A DNA stretch of 63,370 nt, counting the filler, from Polymyxa betae A26-41 (taxonomy: Eukaryota; Protista; Endomyxa: Phytomyxea), in assembly GCA_003693705.1 (NCBI GenBank). It is 6 parts of 6 records of this genome, joined end to end, with 100 filler letters (N's around TTAATTAATTAA, not from the genome) between each part and the next. Parts side by side here need not be neighbours in the genome. Positions count along the whole stretch, not along the records: positions 12,551 to 15,448 come from RBZT01000009.1; positions 15,549 to 32,513 come from RBZT01000376.1; 4 more parts are not named here. The stretch is one strand, 5' to 3'. A model generated the notes under the pieces. The model was not told the origin of the DNA, did not search any database, and worked only from the letters and a program-made list of their open reading frames with translations. Position 1 is the first letter of the stretch. Each line of letters begins with the position of its first letter. A program made the position numbers and the translations under genes. Shown here one piece after another: positions 12,451-23,500 of this stretch.

Positions 12451-12942
12451 NNNNNNNNNNNNNNNNNNNNNNNNNNNNNNNNNNNNNNNNNNNNTTAATT
12501 AATTAANNNNNNNNNNNNNNNNNNNNNNNNNNNNNNNNNNNNNNNNNNNNCCTATAGGGGAAGAGCCCTAACTGTCACGGACTGCGCGGGTCCCCTCGTC
12601 TCCCTACTATGAATGGCGAGGAGCGGCCTCCACGCAACCATTCCGATCAACTCCAAAATTCATACGTTTCTCATCTCGTCTCCGACTCTCTATTGCTTCG
12701 TTCTCTCGCCTCGCCTCACCTCCGACTCCCCTCCGACCTTCGTCTCCGCTCCGCCTCCGTCTCACCGGCACCGCTCCGTACGTCCTTCCTACGCTCCTTA
12801 GACCCCCCGTTCCACGTTCCACGTGAGGGTTGCGCGGCATTTTTATATGGTCGTGCGCTAATGTCCCCCCCTTGCGCAGCCCCCGTGTGGTACGTTTTCC
12901 GGTGTTCCGCTGGTAGTTCCACGCACCCGCCCGGCATTTGAA

Positions 12943-13700
12943 ATGCGCGCGTCTTCTATTGACGATGAAGCTGAGGAAGATGTTCGCGCTGACGAAGATG
13001 ATCGTGTTGCTCCCGAACAGGATCCGGCATTTGGCGACCAATCATCGTCTAAGGCGCGTTCGATGATTTTTACGTTCTTTGTTAATCAGGAAATTACTCT
13101 GAACGGTGTCAACCTGGGGCCCGCCCCGATTGCCGGTGTTCCGGAACCTGAAGTGCTGATGCAGTCGTTACCGTTCAAGTACCTGTTGTACGGGCGCGAA
13201 AGCTGTCCTGTTACGGGGGCCTTTCATCTGCAAGGATATGTTCAGTTTCGCAGCCCGTTGGCGTTTCGGTCCGTTCACAACAAGTTGCGCCCTTACAGTG
13301 TTTGGCTTCAACGCGCGTATGGCAATGCGGCTGCCAACCGCGTGTATTGTCCTAAATCGGGCGATTTTTTCGAGGGCGGCGTCTGTCCTGCCGACGGCGG
13401 TTCTGACGAAAAGGGCCGATGGGACAATGCGTTGGCGATGGTCCGAAACGGTCAAATTGACGAGATCGACTCGCAGTTGCAGATCAAGCATATTCGTAAT
13501 TTCGAGCGATTGGAAGAGCGGTATCTGTTTTCTCGTGAATTGCCTTCCTTCGCGAGACACGTAACATCTGGGTCAGTGGTCCGACCCGTGTCGGCAAGTC
13601 TTCGATTTTGTCTCGGTTGTTTCGCTACGAGGACGTGTACAAGAAGATTCAAAACAAGAATTGGTGTAATTATCGTGGCCAGCCTGTTGATTTGGACTAC
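12943..13700 (+). mobile_element. rep: Endogenous CRESS-DNA (circular ssDNA) virus Rep, frameshifted and truncated
   Basis: HUH endonuclease motifs I (IFTFF), II (FHLQGYV) and III (YCPK). After a frameshift near 13555 come SF3 helicase Walker A IWVSGPTRVGKS (13578-13601) and KNWCNYRGQ (WDGYxGQ-like). Walker B is missing. Confidence 0.9.
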
Positions 13701-13885
13701 GACCCCCTCACCGCTCCACTCCGACCCTCTCTCCGCTCCACTCCGTGCCCCGCCGCTCCGCCTCCGAGGACTCCCTGACGTCGCTCCGTTGCAGGACACC
13801 GGTCCCCCGCGTCCTACCCTCTGCTCCCGAGTCATCGCACCGCTTATCTAACCAATAAAAGGGGACTTTTTACTCGATCCTAACA

Positions 13886-14087
13886 GCGAGGAAGAATAAG
13901 TGAAGGCTACGAAGAAGCAGGCGAACAAGAGTTATAAGAATCGAATAGATTCGAGAATGATTGTATTTCGATAAAGCAAAGGTTCGAAGTTGTGAGTCAC
14001 GATACTTGAGTCAACAGGAACTTGGAATTGATGGTAGATGACTCATGAGGTAGCTCGGAAGCTGAACGGAAGTAGTGAATCATGACA
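13886..14087. mobile_element. Truncated LTR (same family as 6900-6961)
   Basis: Ends in ...GAATCATGACA and shares both terminal blocks with the 62-bp mini-LTR. Confidence 0.6.
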
Positions 14088-14089
14088 CA

Positions 14090-14937
14090 ATCAGGCAATG
14101 GAAAACTGCTACCTAACATGCCTGCCAAGGGAAGCAATGAGAACTCTCGCTGGCTTCAGTCCTAATGCAGGAAGTTTCTATATTAAAAGATCTGCCGTTC
14201 ACCCTCCAGAAAGTTTGTCTCGGAAGATATTCCCTGATGTTGAGCTTTGGCTTGGTCGTTTGGAAAGGGGAGAAGATTGTGAACCTAACATTGCAGCTGG
14301 GGGCTTCCTGAGATTGCTTCAGCAGCTCAGGACGGTGTTCCTTCAGGATCTGTTCTGATGATGCGAAAACANNNNNNNNNNNNNNNNNNNNNNNNNNNNN
14401 NNNNNNNNNNNNNNNNNNNNNNNNNNNNNNNNNNNNNNNNNNNNNNNNNNNNNNNNNNNNNNGAATTATAGAAGACCTATCTACGTGAACGCTGCCATTA
14501 CAGCTGAGAGTCGCCCTTCCAGAAGTCAGTTCTGCAGCATCCATTACATAGCAAGCGACCCTTCATTCTGAGCAACCAGCAGTTAATCCTAACGCTACCA
14601 ATGCAGCGGCACAAACATACAAATTATGCCGAGGAATCGAAACAGTGGTCGACCTTTGGAGGGAATGGACGGTGGGGTTGGGCGGTGGGCCCTCTGTTCA
14701 GTTCCTGGAGAGCAACAATGGTACAAATGGTGTGAAGGGAAAAGTGAGAGACGATTCTTTAATCGGCGTAAACGCATTGTCGATGCAATAGTGCATTGTG
14801 CAGCTGGAATGAATGACGGTACATCGGAGGCGAACCTCCAAACCGTAGTACGAAGATTCGAAGAGAAACGATCGCAGATGAAAAAAAGCCTTGATTGGAT
14901 TTCGAGAAACATTGAAAGTTTTGTTAACGAAATGTAA
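14090..14937 (+). mobile_element. Crypton (CryptonF-type tyrosine-recombinase transposon) 3' part: NDC10_II-like + GCR1_C
   Basis: MENCYLTCLPREAMRTLAGF...PPESLSRKIFP...AAGGFLRLLQQLRTVFLQD is NDC10_II-like. In an alternative frame, YKLCRGIETVVDLWREWTVGLGGGPSVQFLE...SERRFFNRRKRIVDAI is GCR1_C. Frameshifted and gapped. Confidence 0.85.
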
Positions 14938-15020
14938 TTAACCGTTGCTAGGAACATTCAATAAAAACGAAAGACTGGTTGAATACTAAACCAAGGTGTC
15001 ATATTTCAACGGACAACGAA

Positions 15021-15448
15021 CAGTAATAGAACACAAACTTATAAAAAAAACAAGAATATCATGACACCTGAAATCCATTGCCAAATGAATAGAAAGCAGA
15101 AAGAGAAGGTGTCGAATAAAACCGACGCAACTGTGGCAAAGCCTCAGGATATGCAGTAAGAATTGACACCGATTATGGGAAGACGAGCCCAAGCAGGGCA
15201 TCTGGCTGATCCATCTCGAAGCCAGCCCAGGCCTTGAGATTCTTTAGTTGTAACAATAGGCAGCTCGACGATTTGCGAGGACAGGCGAAGCTGCAGGACG
15301 ATCAGTAATAGAACTACAGAGTAAAATCGTTAATTGTGCAACAACAAACTTATAAAAAAAAAGAATATCATGACACCCTGAAATCCATTGCCAAATAAAT
15401 AGAAAGCAGAAAAAGGTGTCGAATAAAACCGACACAACTGTGGCAAAG
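15021..15448. repeat. Imperfect direct repeat (about 120-145 bp x2)
   Basis: ACAAACTTATAAAAAAA..AAGAATATCATGACACC.GAAATCCATTGCCAAAT..ATAGAAAGCAGAAA..GGTGTCGAATAAAACCGAC.CAACTGTGGCAAAG occurs at about 15021-15140 and 15302-15448. Confidence 0.85.
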
Positions 15449-15937
15449 NNNNNNNNNNNNNNNNNNNNNNNNNNNNNNNNNNNNNNNNNNNNTTAATTAA
15501 TTAANNNNNNNNNNNNNNNNNNNNNNNNNNNNNNNNNNNNNNNNNNNNTTATTTGCCTCAGTAGGCTTCAACAGATATGGAGAAGACCAATTAATAAACG
15601 AAATTTTTTGTCAGGAATATTTTTTTTGTTAGGGTTAGGGTTTGATAGGTCATTCCGTAGGTCAATTGGTGCCTGTAGGTCAATCTGTAAGTTATTTGGC
15701 ACCAGTAGGACAAATAATAGGTCATTAAACAACGCCGGGGAAAAGTGCGCTCATTAGGTCAATTCGTAGGGCAAAGGTCAATTTAAATTTTCCCGATTAG
15801 AGTCAGTTTTGCAAACTCACCGGAAAGAGACCGTTGAGATATTAGACCTTTCCGTTAATTTGCTCAAAGTCTCTGTCGCTGCACAGAGTTACACCTAACC
15901 TCGGTTTGAATTTGGAAGCAGCCTCCCTCAAAGACAT

Positions 15938-16021
15938 CCAGTCATACAAACTCGGAGTCAAACTCTGAGGAGCACCGAAAGTCGGTGTCCACCGAGTTTC
16001 ACTCCGAATTTGTATGGCTGG
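15938..16021. repeat. 84-bp imperfect palindrome (tiny MITE-like hairpin)
   Basis: CCAGTCATACAAACTCGGAGTCAAACTC...GAGTTTCACTCCGAATTTGTATGGCTGG with inner CACCGA-AAG-TCGGTG. Confidence 0.75.
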
Positions 16022-16029
16022 TATGCATT

Positions 16030-16764
16030 CCAATAAGGAAGACATCGTAGAATTCGATGCGAACGCTGTTGAAGCCGTTGGATCCGATGTAAATGTAGAT
16101 ACGAAAGTCAGGAAACGGCCACTGCAGGTCAAGTCTGTTCATTTGACAGCGCTCGTATACTCGTATCATCGACATTTTTCCGATTATTGCAAAAATCGGA
16201 GGAAACAGACCTCCCAGCTGATTCCTGGGCCGCTTTGGAAAAGTATCTGTCGCTTCCGGGCAATATTCCTTCATCTGAAACAACTGCTTTAGATTTAGGC
16301 CGTCCTGGTGAAGGACAGCCCCGAGACACAGTAGATGGACCAGGAAAACCTGAAAAGCAGCTGGAAACTGGCACATCGAATGAGGGGAACGACAAAACCT
16401 CGTTGCAGGATGACGAAGTAAAGAAACGCTTGAAGTTGACCAACGGATACGCATCCAAGGTAATGCTTTCTAAACGTGAAGCAATCCTCAGCAGAAAAAA
16501 AGATATCTAAAAACGGTGCTTCCGGTATTGCAACACCTCCTGGGCCCCAGGAAATAGATACTGTCATCACTCCCAGGCCGACGCGCTTGGGCCTTCGGCA
16601 TGTCGGTACAAAATCGGTTCAAGAACTGGCCGACAATTCTAAGGCGACCTCTTCCGCTTTCAAGGCTAACCTTGAAAGCAAGAGCGAGCTCACGATCGGC
16701 CTTTAAGATGGGTCTCATCACTGAGGCCCAGATGAAAAAAGGAGCTGCGCTCCTGAATTTGTAA
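16030..16764 (+). pseudogene. Degraded ORF, possibly a transposon accessory (Harbinger Myb/SANT-partner-like) protein
   Basis: Chain of + strand ORFs with a low-complexity charged middle and a short helical C-terminus, preceded by a cluster of TAGGTCAAT repeats (15645-15785). No firm motif. Confidence 0.3.
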
Positions 16765-16846
16765 GAGGCTGTTTCATGTAAATAGACCCGTGGCGCAATA
16801 GACGCATCCACAAATCAGATTTCAAATTGGTCCATTTCGAGATCTA

Positions 16847-19107
16847 CAGTGCGAGTCACCTTAAAGAGACATTTTTGTTAGGAGCCACGGGGTTTGGTAT
16901 CTGGGCTCCGAGTTATGGCGCAGTGGGCAATCAAATACTGTAAATCGATAGATCTCAATGAGCTGAAGAGAATTACAGTAAAAAATTCGAAAACAAAATT
17001 GAAGGCTGCAATACAGTTGGGAGTTGTATGGAGATGGGTTGGGATGAATCAGCCCAGGTTTGCGCACGTACTTTGATCAGTCCCAGTGTCGCACTTTTTG
17101 TTGCGACTGCGCACTTTTGTTGGCGCAGCCCGCTTCGCAGAAAATGACAGGGCTGCTCCATGGATTGTTTGATCTGCAGTTGCTCAGTTGGCAATGGCAC
17201 CCAAGAACCGTAGATGGAAGCAGCTGAGTGCTGCAAGAGGAGTCCTGGCACAAAAAAGGCACGGGCCGACGGAAGCTGATACAAACGAGGCAGCCGAGGG
17301 TTGCCTGGAATTACTCTGTCTCAAGGATGATGAACAAGATGAGAGCTGTATTGCCACAGTTGAGAAATCCATTTTGCAATGGAAAGAAGGAGCTGGAAAA
17401 CATCTCCGGGGATCATACACAGGATCCAGTCGTACGACTCAATGGAGGAAACGGAAGGCGGAAGATGCAAAATTATCCAGCATGTCAAATGCTCCAAAGA
17501 TCACTCAATATTTCCGCCCAATGCAGAACGTTCATCATGATCGTGATCAGCAAGTCCATGCTGAAACGACCAGTGAGGTACTGTTTCAATCAGACACCGA
17601 ATCTGAAAACCAGAAGCTCTCGGTTGCAGACGCATTTTCGGCATAGAAATGCCACCAGTCAAGGTCGCAGAATTAGATTTTGGGCTGATTTCTTTCTATC
17701 TCACCATTCTCTCCCGATTCATCGGCAAGGGTGTCATGTGAAAACGCCGAGTCTAATCCACGATGAGGGCGTCAGAGCTGCCTGCCGGACATGGCTGCAA
17801 TCGCATAATCCCGACACAATTTGTGGTGCTTCGTTTGCAAACAGGGTCGAATCTCAAATGCATGTGATGCTCAAAATGAGCAATCCCATCAAGATTCCCG
17901 ATTCCACAGCCGTTTGCTGGATGCATGATTTGGGTTTGCTTTACAGTGAATTCAAACGGGGGGTATGAAAATCGAATGGCGAAGTTTGTCGGGGATGAGA
18001 TGGATACTGTGATCGAGCCCGATCTCGCTGAAGCCGAAAGAAAGCTCGTCCTTGTCACTCATGATGAATCTTGCTTCAGCTCCAACGATGGTCGTAAGAC
18101 TATCTGGGTGGACGAAGACCGTAACATCCTTAGGCCAAAAGGTGAAGGAAGGAGCATTATGGTTTCAGCGTTCCTTTGTGAATGCCATGGACTAATGGAA
18201 TTGCCTCCTGATCTGGCTGCGCCGCATCCTGATGTTCCCAAAGAGCCGTTTGTTATCATCAAGCCTGGAAAAAACAGCGATGGATATTGGAAAATGCTGA
18301 CCTCGTCAATCAAGTTGAGCGTCAGGTGATTCCTATGTTCAAGATTCTTCATCCTGGATGCGATGCTCTTCTTATGTTCGATAATTCACAGAATGATCAT
18401 GCATTTGCACCGGATGCGTTAAATTCCAAGATTCTTCCGTTGAAGGATAACGGTGTCAATGTCAAACCACAGCGCGACGGCTGGTATATTGACGGCGACG
18501 GTGTCAGTAAAACGCAAAAGATACTTAACGAGAATGGGCAGCCTTTGGGGCTAAAATCAATATTGCAGGGAAGGGGGTTATGGGACTGGACGTTATCCCT
18601 TCAAGGAGCCCGACAATTGCTGAGTGAACAACCGGATTTTCGTGAGCAGAAGGAATGGCTCCAGGATGTCATTGAGAACCATGACGGATTCAAGATCGAT
18701 TTTTATCCGAAATTTCATTGCGAATTCAACTTCATTGAGATGTTCTGGGCCGCCTGTAAGTCATACACGCGTCGCCATTGCACTTATTCTTTTAAGGACC
18801 TCCAAAACTTTGTTCCATTGGCTTTAAAAAGTGTCGAGATCTCTCAAATCAGGCGTTTTGCCAGAAAATGTTATCGATATATGGACGCCTATTGTCTGAG
18901 AGACAGAGAAGGAAAGCCTTTGACATCTCGTCAAATAAAATATGCTGTTAAGAAATACAAAAGTCATCGGCGATTTCCGATGCGAATTTATGAAGAATTA
19001 GAATAAAAAATGTCGAAAATCGAATAAAAAAGCAAAAAATCTCACGAAAATTTCATTTTTTTTCGAACCAATTTGAAACAAATGTCACTTTAAGGTGACT
19101 CGCACTG
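16847..19107 (+). mobile_element. Full-length IS630-Tc1-mariner element with a long catalytic spacer (about DD118E), inactivated
   Basis: TIRs CAGTGCGAGTCACCTTAAAG(A/T)GACATTT at both ends with TA flanks (16845-46, 19108-09). Motifs VTHDESCF, MFDNSQ, YPKFHCEFNFIE and KKYKSHRR; frameshifts. Confidence 0.92.
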
Positions 19108-20561
19108 TATTTCGGAAAATGATCTCGGTGGTTTTTTTTCTGAAATAAAGCTCTATTTTTTCAGGTCAAAGTGTATTAAATTTGAGGTTCTCTAAACCTC
19201 CGTACGCAGTATGGTGCGTACTATTTGATTATATAAATGATAAGACCAGTAATTACAACCAGTATGGACTGTGTAGTATAGCTGTCTCAAATCTGAGACA
19301 ACTGCGAAACTGGGTCAATCCACGATGCGGATTCATCCTGCGGACTGATCTTAAGGAAGTATCCCACGGAGTCCGAATTGTCACTGGGAGGGCCGACTCT
19401 CGCCACTGGTGTTAGCACTCGGCACGGTTTGGTTTGGTCCGAAACCGGTTTGAGGACCTCCCAACCAAACCAAACCAAACCAAACCGCTTTCAGGACATC
19501 GGAACCAAACCAAACCGAAACCGTAGGCCTCCAAACCAAACCAGATTGCCCAAACCGGTTTCAAACCGGTTTAAACCGGTTTGGCTACCAGTCTGTTCAT
19601 GACTGGTAAGTTCCAACCTTAAAGTAAAATTTTATTTTAATAAAAATTCTATTACTAAAACACCAAAATCTGATATTTCCCGAACTTGAAAGAGTATTTC
19701 AACATCGGGTTAGGGTTCTCATTCCGTCATTCGTTGTTATTTGGATCATCTCCGAGTTCGCCCATCATGTAAGCAATCACTTCATATTGATCACATAAAT
19801 CTTGTAACTCTTAGCAATCCATCTGCTGAAGCATTCCTGAAGTTATCAGGTATTGCAATATCTTTTGATCGAAAGAATTGGATCCATGACCGGGTGCAGG
19901 TTTCTGCTTTGAATGTTGAGCTGTGCAAACTAGCGCGACCATCGAATGCACGGCCTCCTGCCAAATTTGCTCTTTCAGCAGGAACTGAAGAGGCTGGAAT
20001 GGCCAAATTTCAAGTGCCAATTTACTTAACTTCGGAAAATCGTTTTGTCTAGTTATCCACCATTCAATTATATCACATTTGCGGTCAGCGACGGAGCAAC
20101 GGCAAATCGATCGACTTCAGGAAGAGATTGGTTTGCATTCTCATCATTGAATGCCTCCATCCGAATCATATCGTCTTGATCATGGGTAGTGTGTTGTGCT
20201 GCAACGCTTTCAGGATGATCGCCCGATAGAAAATCTTGATCTTCGCCATAATCTGATCTTAGTAAATCCATGATTTCTGCTTTGATGTCGTCAAATTCGA
20301 TTGAGTTGAGTGCAGGCCGGCGTCTTCGAGGATCAATGAATTGTCCTATTTTAACAGGCAAATGAGTTGATGAAATCAGAATATTAATTCTTCGTTATTG
20401 TCCAGAATCTTTTGCGCCGCTTTCGATAACATTTCGTTTTCATCAGCAGCGTGTCTTTTACAATGTTCGACAAGGAGCTTGTTGGCTGCAATAGCCCTGG
20501 AAATGGTGCAGTAACCTTTGTCTCCGCCTAGGAATGTAGAAATCTTGGCTGGAGTCTCTAG

Positions 20562-23500
20562 CCCTGATCGAGCGGCGGTATATAAAATATACCGCCACCC
20601 AATTTTCCAAAAATCACCGATCCCCCCGGCGGTATATAATATATACCCCCACGAGGCAAAAAGCCTAGTTTTTAGACAATCATAACGACTAATCTAGCAG
20701 ATTGATGACACTGAAATTTTGAACAGATAATATTTATGAGATTTTTAGCAATGGCCAATTTACCGTGGCGTAGATCGTTAGGGTACCCCTAATTACTTAA
20801 GTGGGTTGGCAGCTTCTTACGTTAGGGCTGACCTGGACGCTTTTTTCAATGATGACCCCGCTGGGGATGCACAGGTTGATTGGGGGTATTCCTCTGAGAC
20901 CGAAAAGGACTCTGCATGGAATTTCATCGATCTTCCGGATGTTATCAGCTTATCTGCCACCGATTCTGATCATGAACTGCTGTTAACAGCGAAAACGGAA
21001 ATCCTTGCAGTCTGCAGCAATGCTCGACGAGTGATGAACAGTCAACACATCAACTTGAGTGACTGCGTCAATTATTTTTTGGATGGCATTGTTTTTGAAT
21101 TGCGTGATGCATTACGGGAGGGGATTCCTGTTGGGCAATCCGTTTCCGGCAGTGATCTTTCTGCCTTTATCAAAGTTCTTATCTACTTGTCAATATATGG
21201 TGTCACTCCAACCGTTTTCTTTGATCCTCAATACGCGTTTCTGTATCCAAATGCTGAGAACTGCAACCAAGCTTCGTTCAACCCAATTATGCATGCATTG
21301 AAACGGAATAACCACTTAGAATCCAATTCAGTGACGTGGGACCGCCCTTTTTCAGGCGATACTTTGGTCAGAAGAACAGAGATAGCGATGTCAAGAGCAG
21401 CATGTGAACTGGCGTTCATTCCTGCCACCACCATTTTATCGATTGACGACGATCAGTACCGTTTGACCTCTGCCTTATCTGAGGCAATGGGGTTTACAAG
21501 GGTCAACAATGCGAAAAAAGCTTTCGGAATAGTATCCACGAATGCAGTATCTTTGACGACCGGGTTGCTTCTTGGTTTTCGTTTGCTTGGTAGAGGAGAA
21601 AGCTTCGGAGATGTTGTGCGTATGCTTCTTATGCAACTACACTCAGTGCAGTTGTCTGAACAGGTCAAAGGCAAAAATTTGATATGCTTAGACCGTGGAC
21701 ACAACGGCCCAACGTTAATCGAGTATCTCTTGAAATGCGGCTTCGAGATTCTTGGAACTCACAAAAGGATGAAATCGTTTCCAATCGTTTTCGGGGACAT
21801 TCAAAGCAATATCGGGGCGCGAAGGTAACCATTGCCTCATTTGCAGTTTGCTCACTCAAATTGCTTACTAGGATGGTGTCCGAGATCGGACACAAGTCAC
21901 TTTACATGGCTAGGAAACGTTATGGGGATAGGAACCTCTTCGCGATTGCAAATAGAAGTGGCCGGGGACATGTTGCAACTTTAATTGCCAGCAATCCAAA
22001 AGCTGCATTATGGAAATATATTCCCAAGAAACCTTCTTTGATTACAATGTCACTTCCTGGGCACGAGCTGATCCAACAAACTATTGATGTCAACGTTTTA
22101 GCACTCACTGATGGACAAGGCGGATTTGATTGGCACTTAATGAGAGCAGGCTGCTGCCTTATCACCTCAACGTTAGCTTGTGCAGCTGTTCGCGCCTTCA
22201 AATCATACTTGGAGCAAGGGCAAATGACGTTGCTTGAAGGAATGCGAATTGTGTCCGCTGAAGCTTCTGCGACAATACATTGTCCGGACTTATCTGCAGA
22301 GCAACTGAGCCAAATGTCGCTTCCGCAATTGAAAGAGCTTGCCTCAACCTTGCAGCTTCAGACCAACGGCACAAAATCAGCTTTGATCGGTCGCATTCGT
22401 TGTATGACTCCTGTAGCAATCGTCTACTTCAGAGATCACACAAACGAATGCAGGTGAATTCAGAATGGAATCTCTTCCATCCAGCTCGGTCCGGTTATTC
22501 CGCCACGGAGTCCGTAGCGGAGTCGGACCGATTATAGGGGTAGTTTATATATATATTAAAAGTAATGAATAGTTTTTTTTGAAAATTATTGTAATATTTG
22601 ACACACTTCCTTCCTCAAAGAACACGATAATAATTCATAGATTAGAAATTTCAAGCCAATTCCTACAATTAGGGTTAGGGTTTAGGGTTACATAATTTGC
22701 GCAGTGAAACAAATTCAAAAGTCCTGCTCACGCAGTTTTGAAATACTGCATATATTCCTATCGCAGCGTTAAAGCTGTATCGATCAACGATCATCAGTCA
22801 TCAATCGTCTGTTACCAATATATAAACGAAAATCATCTGTCATCTGTCATCATCGTCAGTCTTCAAGCTAGCAATCAAGTCATCAATCTTCATTCTTCAA
22901 ATTTTCGCTATATCTTCCCTCATTCAGATGCATCAGTTGTCCTCTTCCTCTATTTATAAGATATATCGATTCCATCCATTATCTACTCATATTACATAAA
23001 TATCCGCATTAAAACTCTTTAGGGATAAAAGCTTGAACTAATTTATTTAACAATTCAACTTGGTTTCAAATAGTCCGAGATTTCGTCAGCCAGTACATGG
23101 CCCTCAGTCTTCAGATTCTTCGCATAAATTTTTACCTTTTCAGGTATGTCTTCATAAAGAGTCTTCAATGGCTCCCATAAATCTTCCTCAATCGAGAACC
23201 CCTTCCATGCTACTAACAGCTCTAACTGGTTAGTGGCTGTATTTCTTCTACAGCCCTTCAATTTCTCCACCTGATCATTTTCGTTATCGTGGGCAAACTG
23301 TTTTCTAATTTCTTCAGTGACATTTAATTTGTCATCTTCATATAATCAAATCCGATCTCCGTGGATCCACTTTTTTCTTGAGTCAATTATGTTTTCGACC
23401 TCAAACACATAATTGGATTCCGCCGCCACGATTCGGTACGGGCCACGCCATTTCAAGAATAGTTTGCGACCCGACATTTTTGTCGGCTCTGCTATCCCCA

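Noticed and set aside
13560-13851. C-terminal third of the 302-aa Rep ORF
   Set aside because: Out-of-frame read-through. The true helicase motifs lie in another frame, and the tail is C-rich non-coding sequence.
15021-15448. Repeats with a spacer, superficially CRISPR-like
   Set aside because: Only two long imperfect units, in a eukaryotic context, with no cas genes.
19378-19602. ORF rich in NQTKP repeats (and the FGLVW-rich end of ORF 31523-32509)
   Set aside because: These are translations of hAT subterminal AAACC repeats, not protein.
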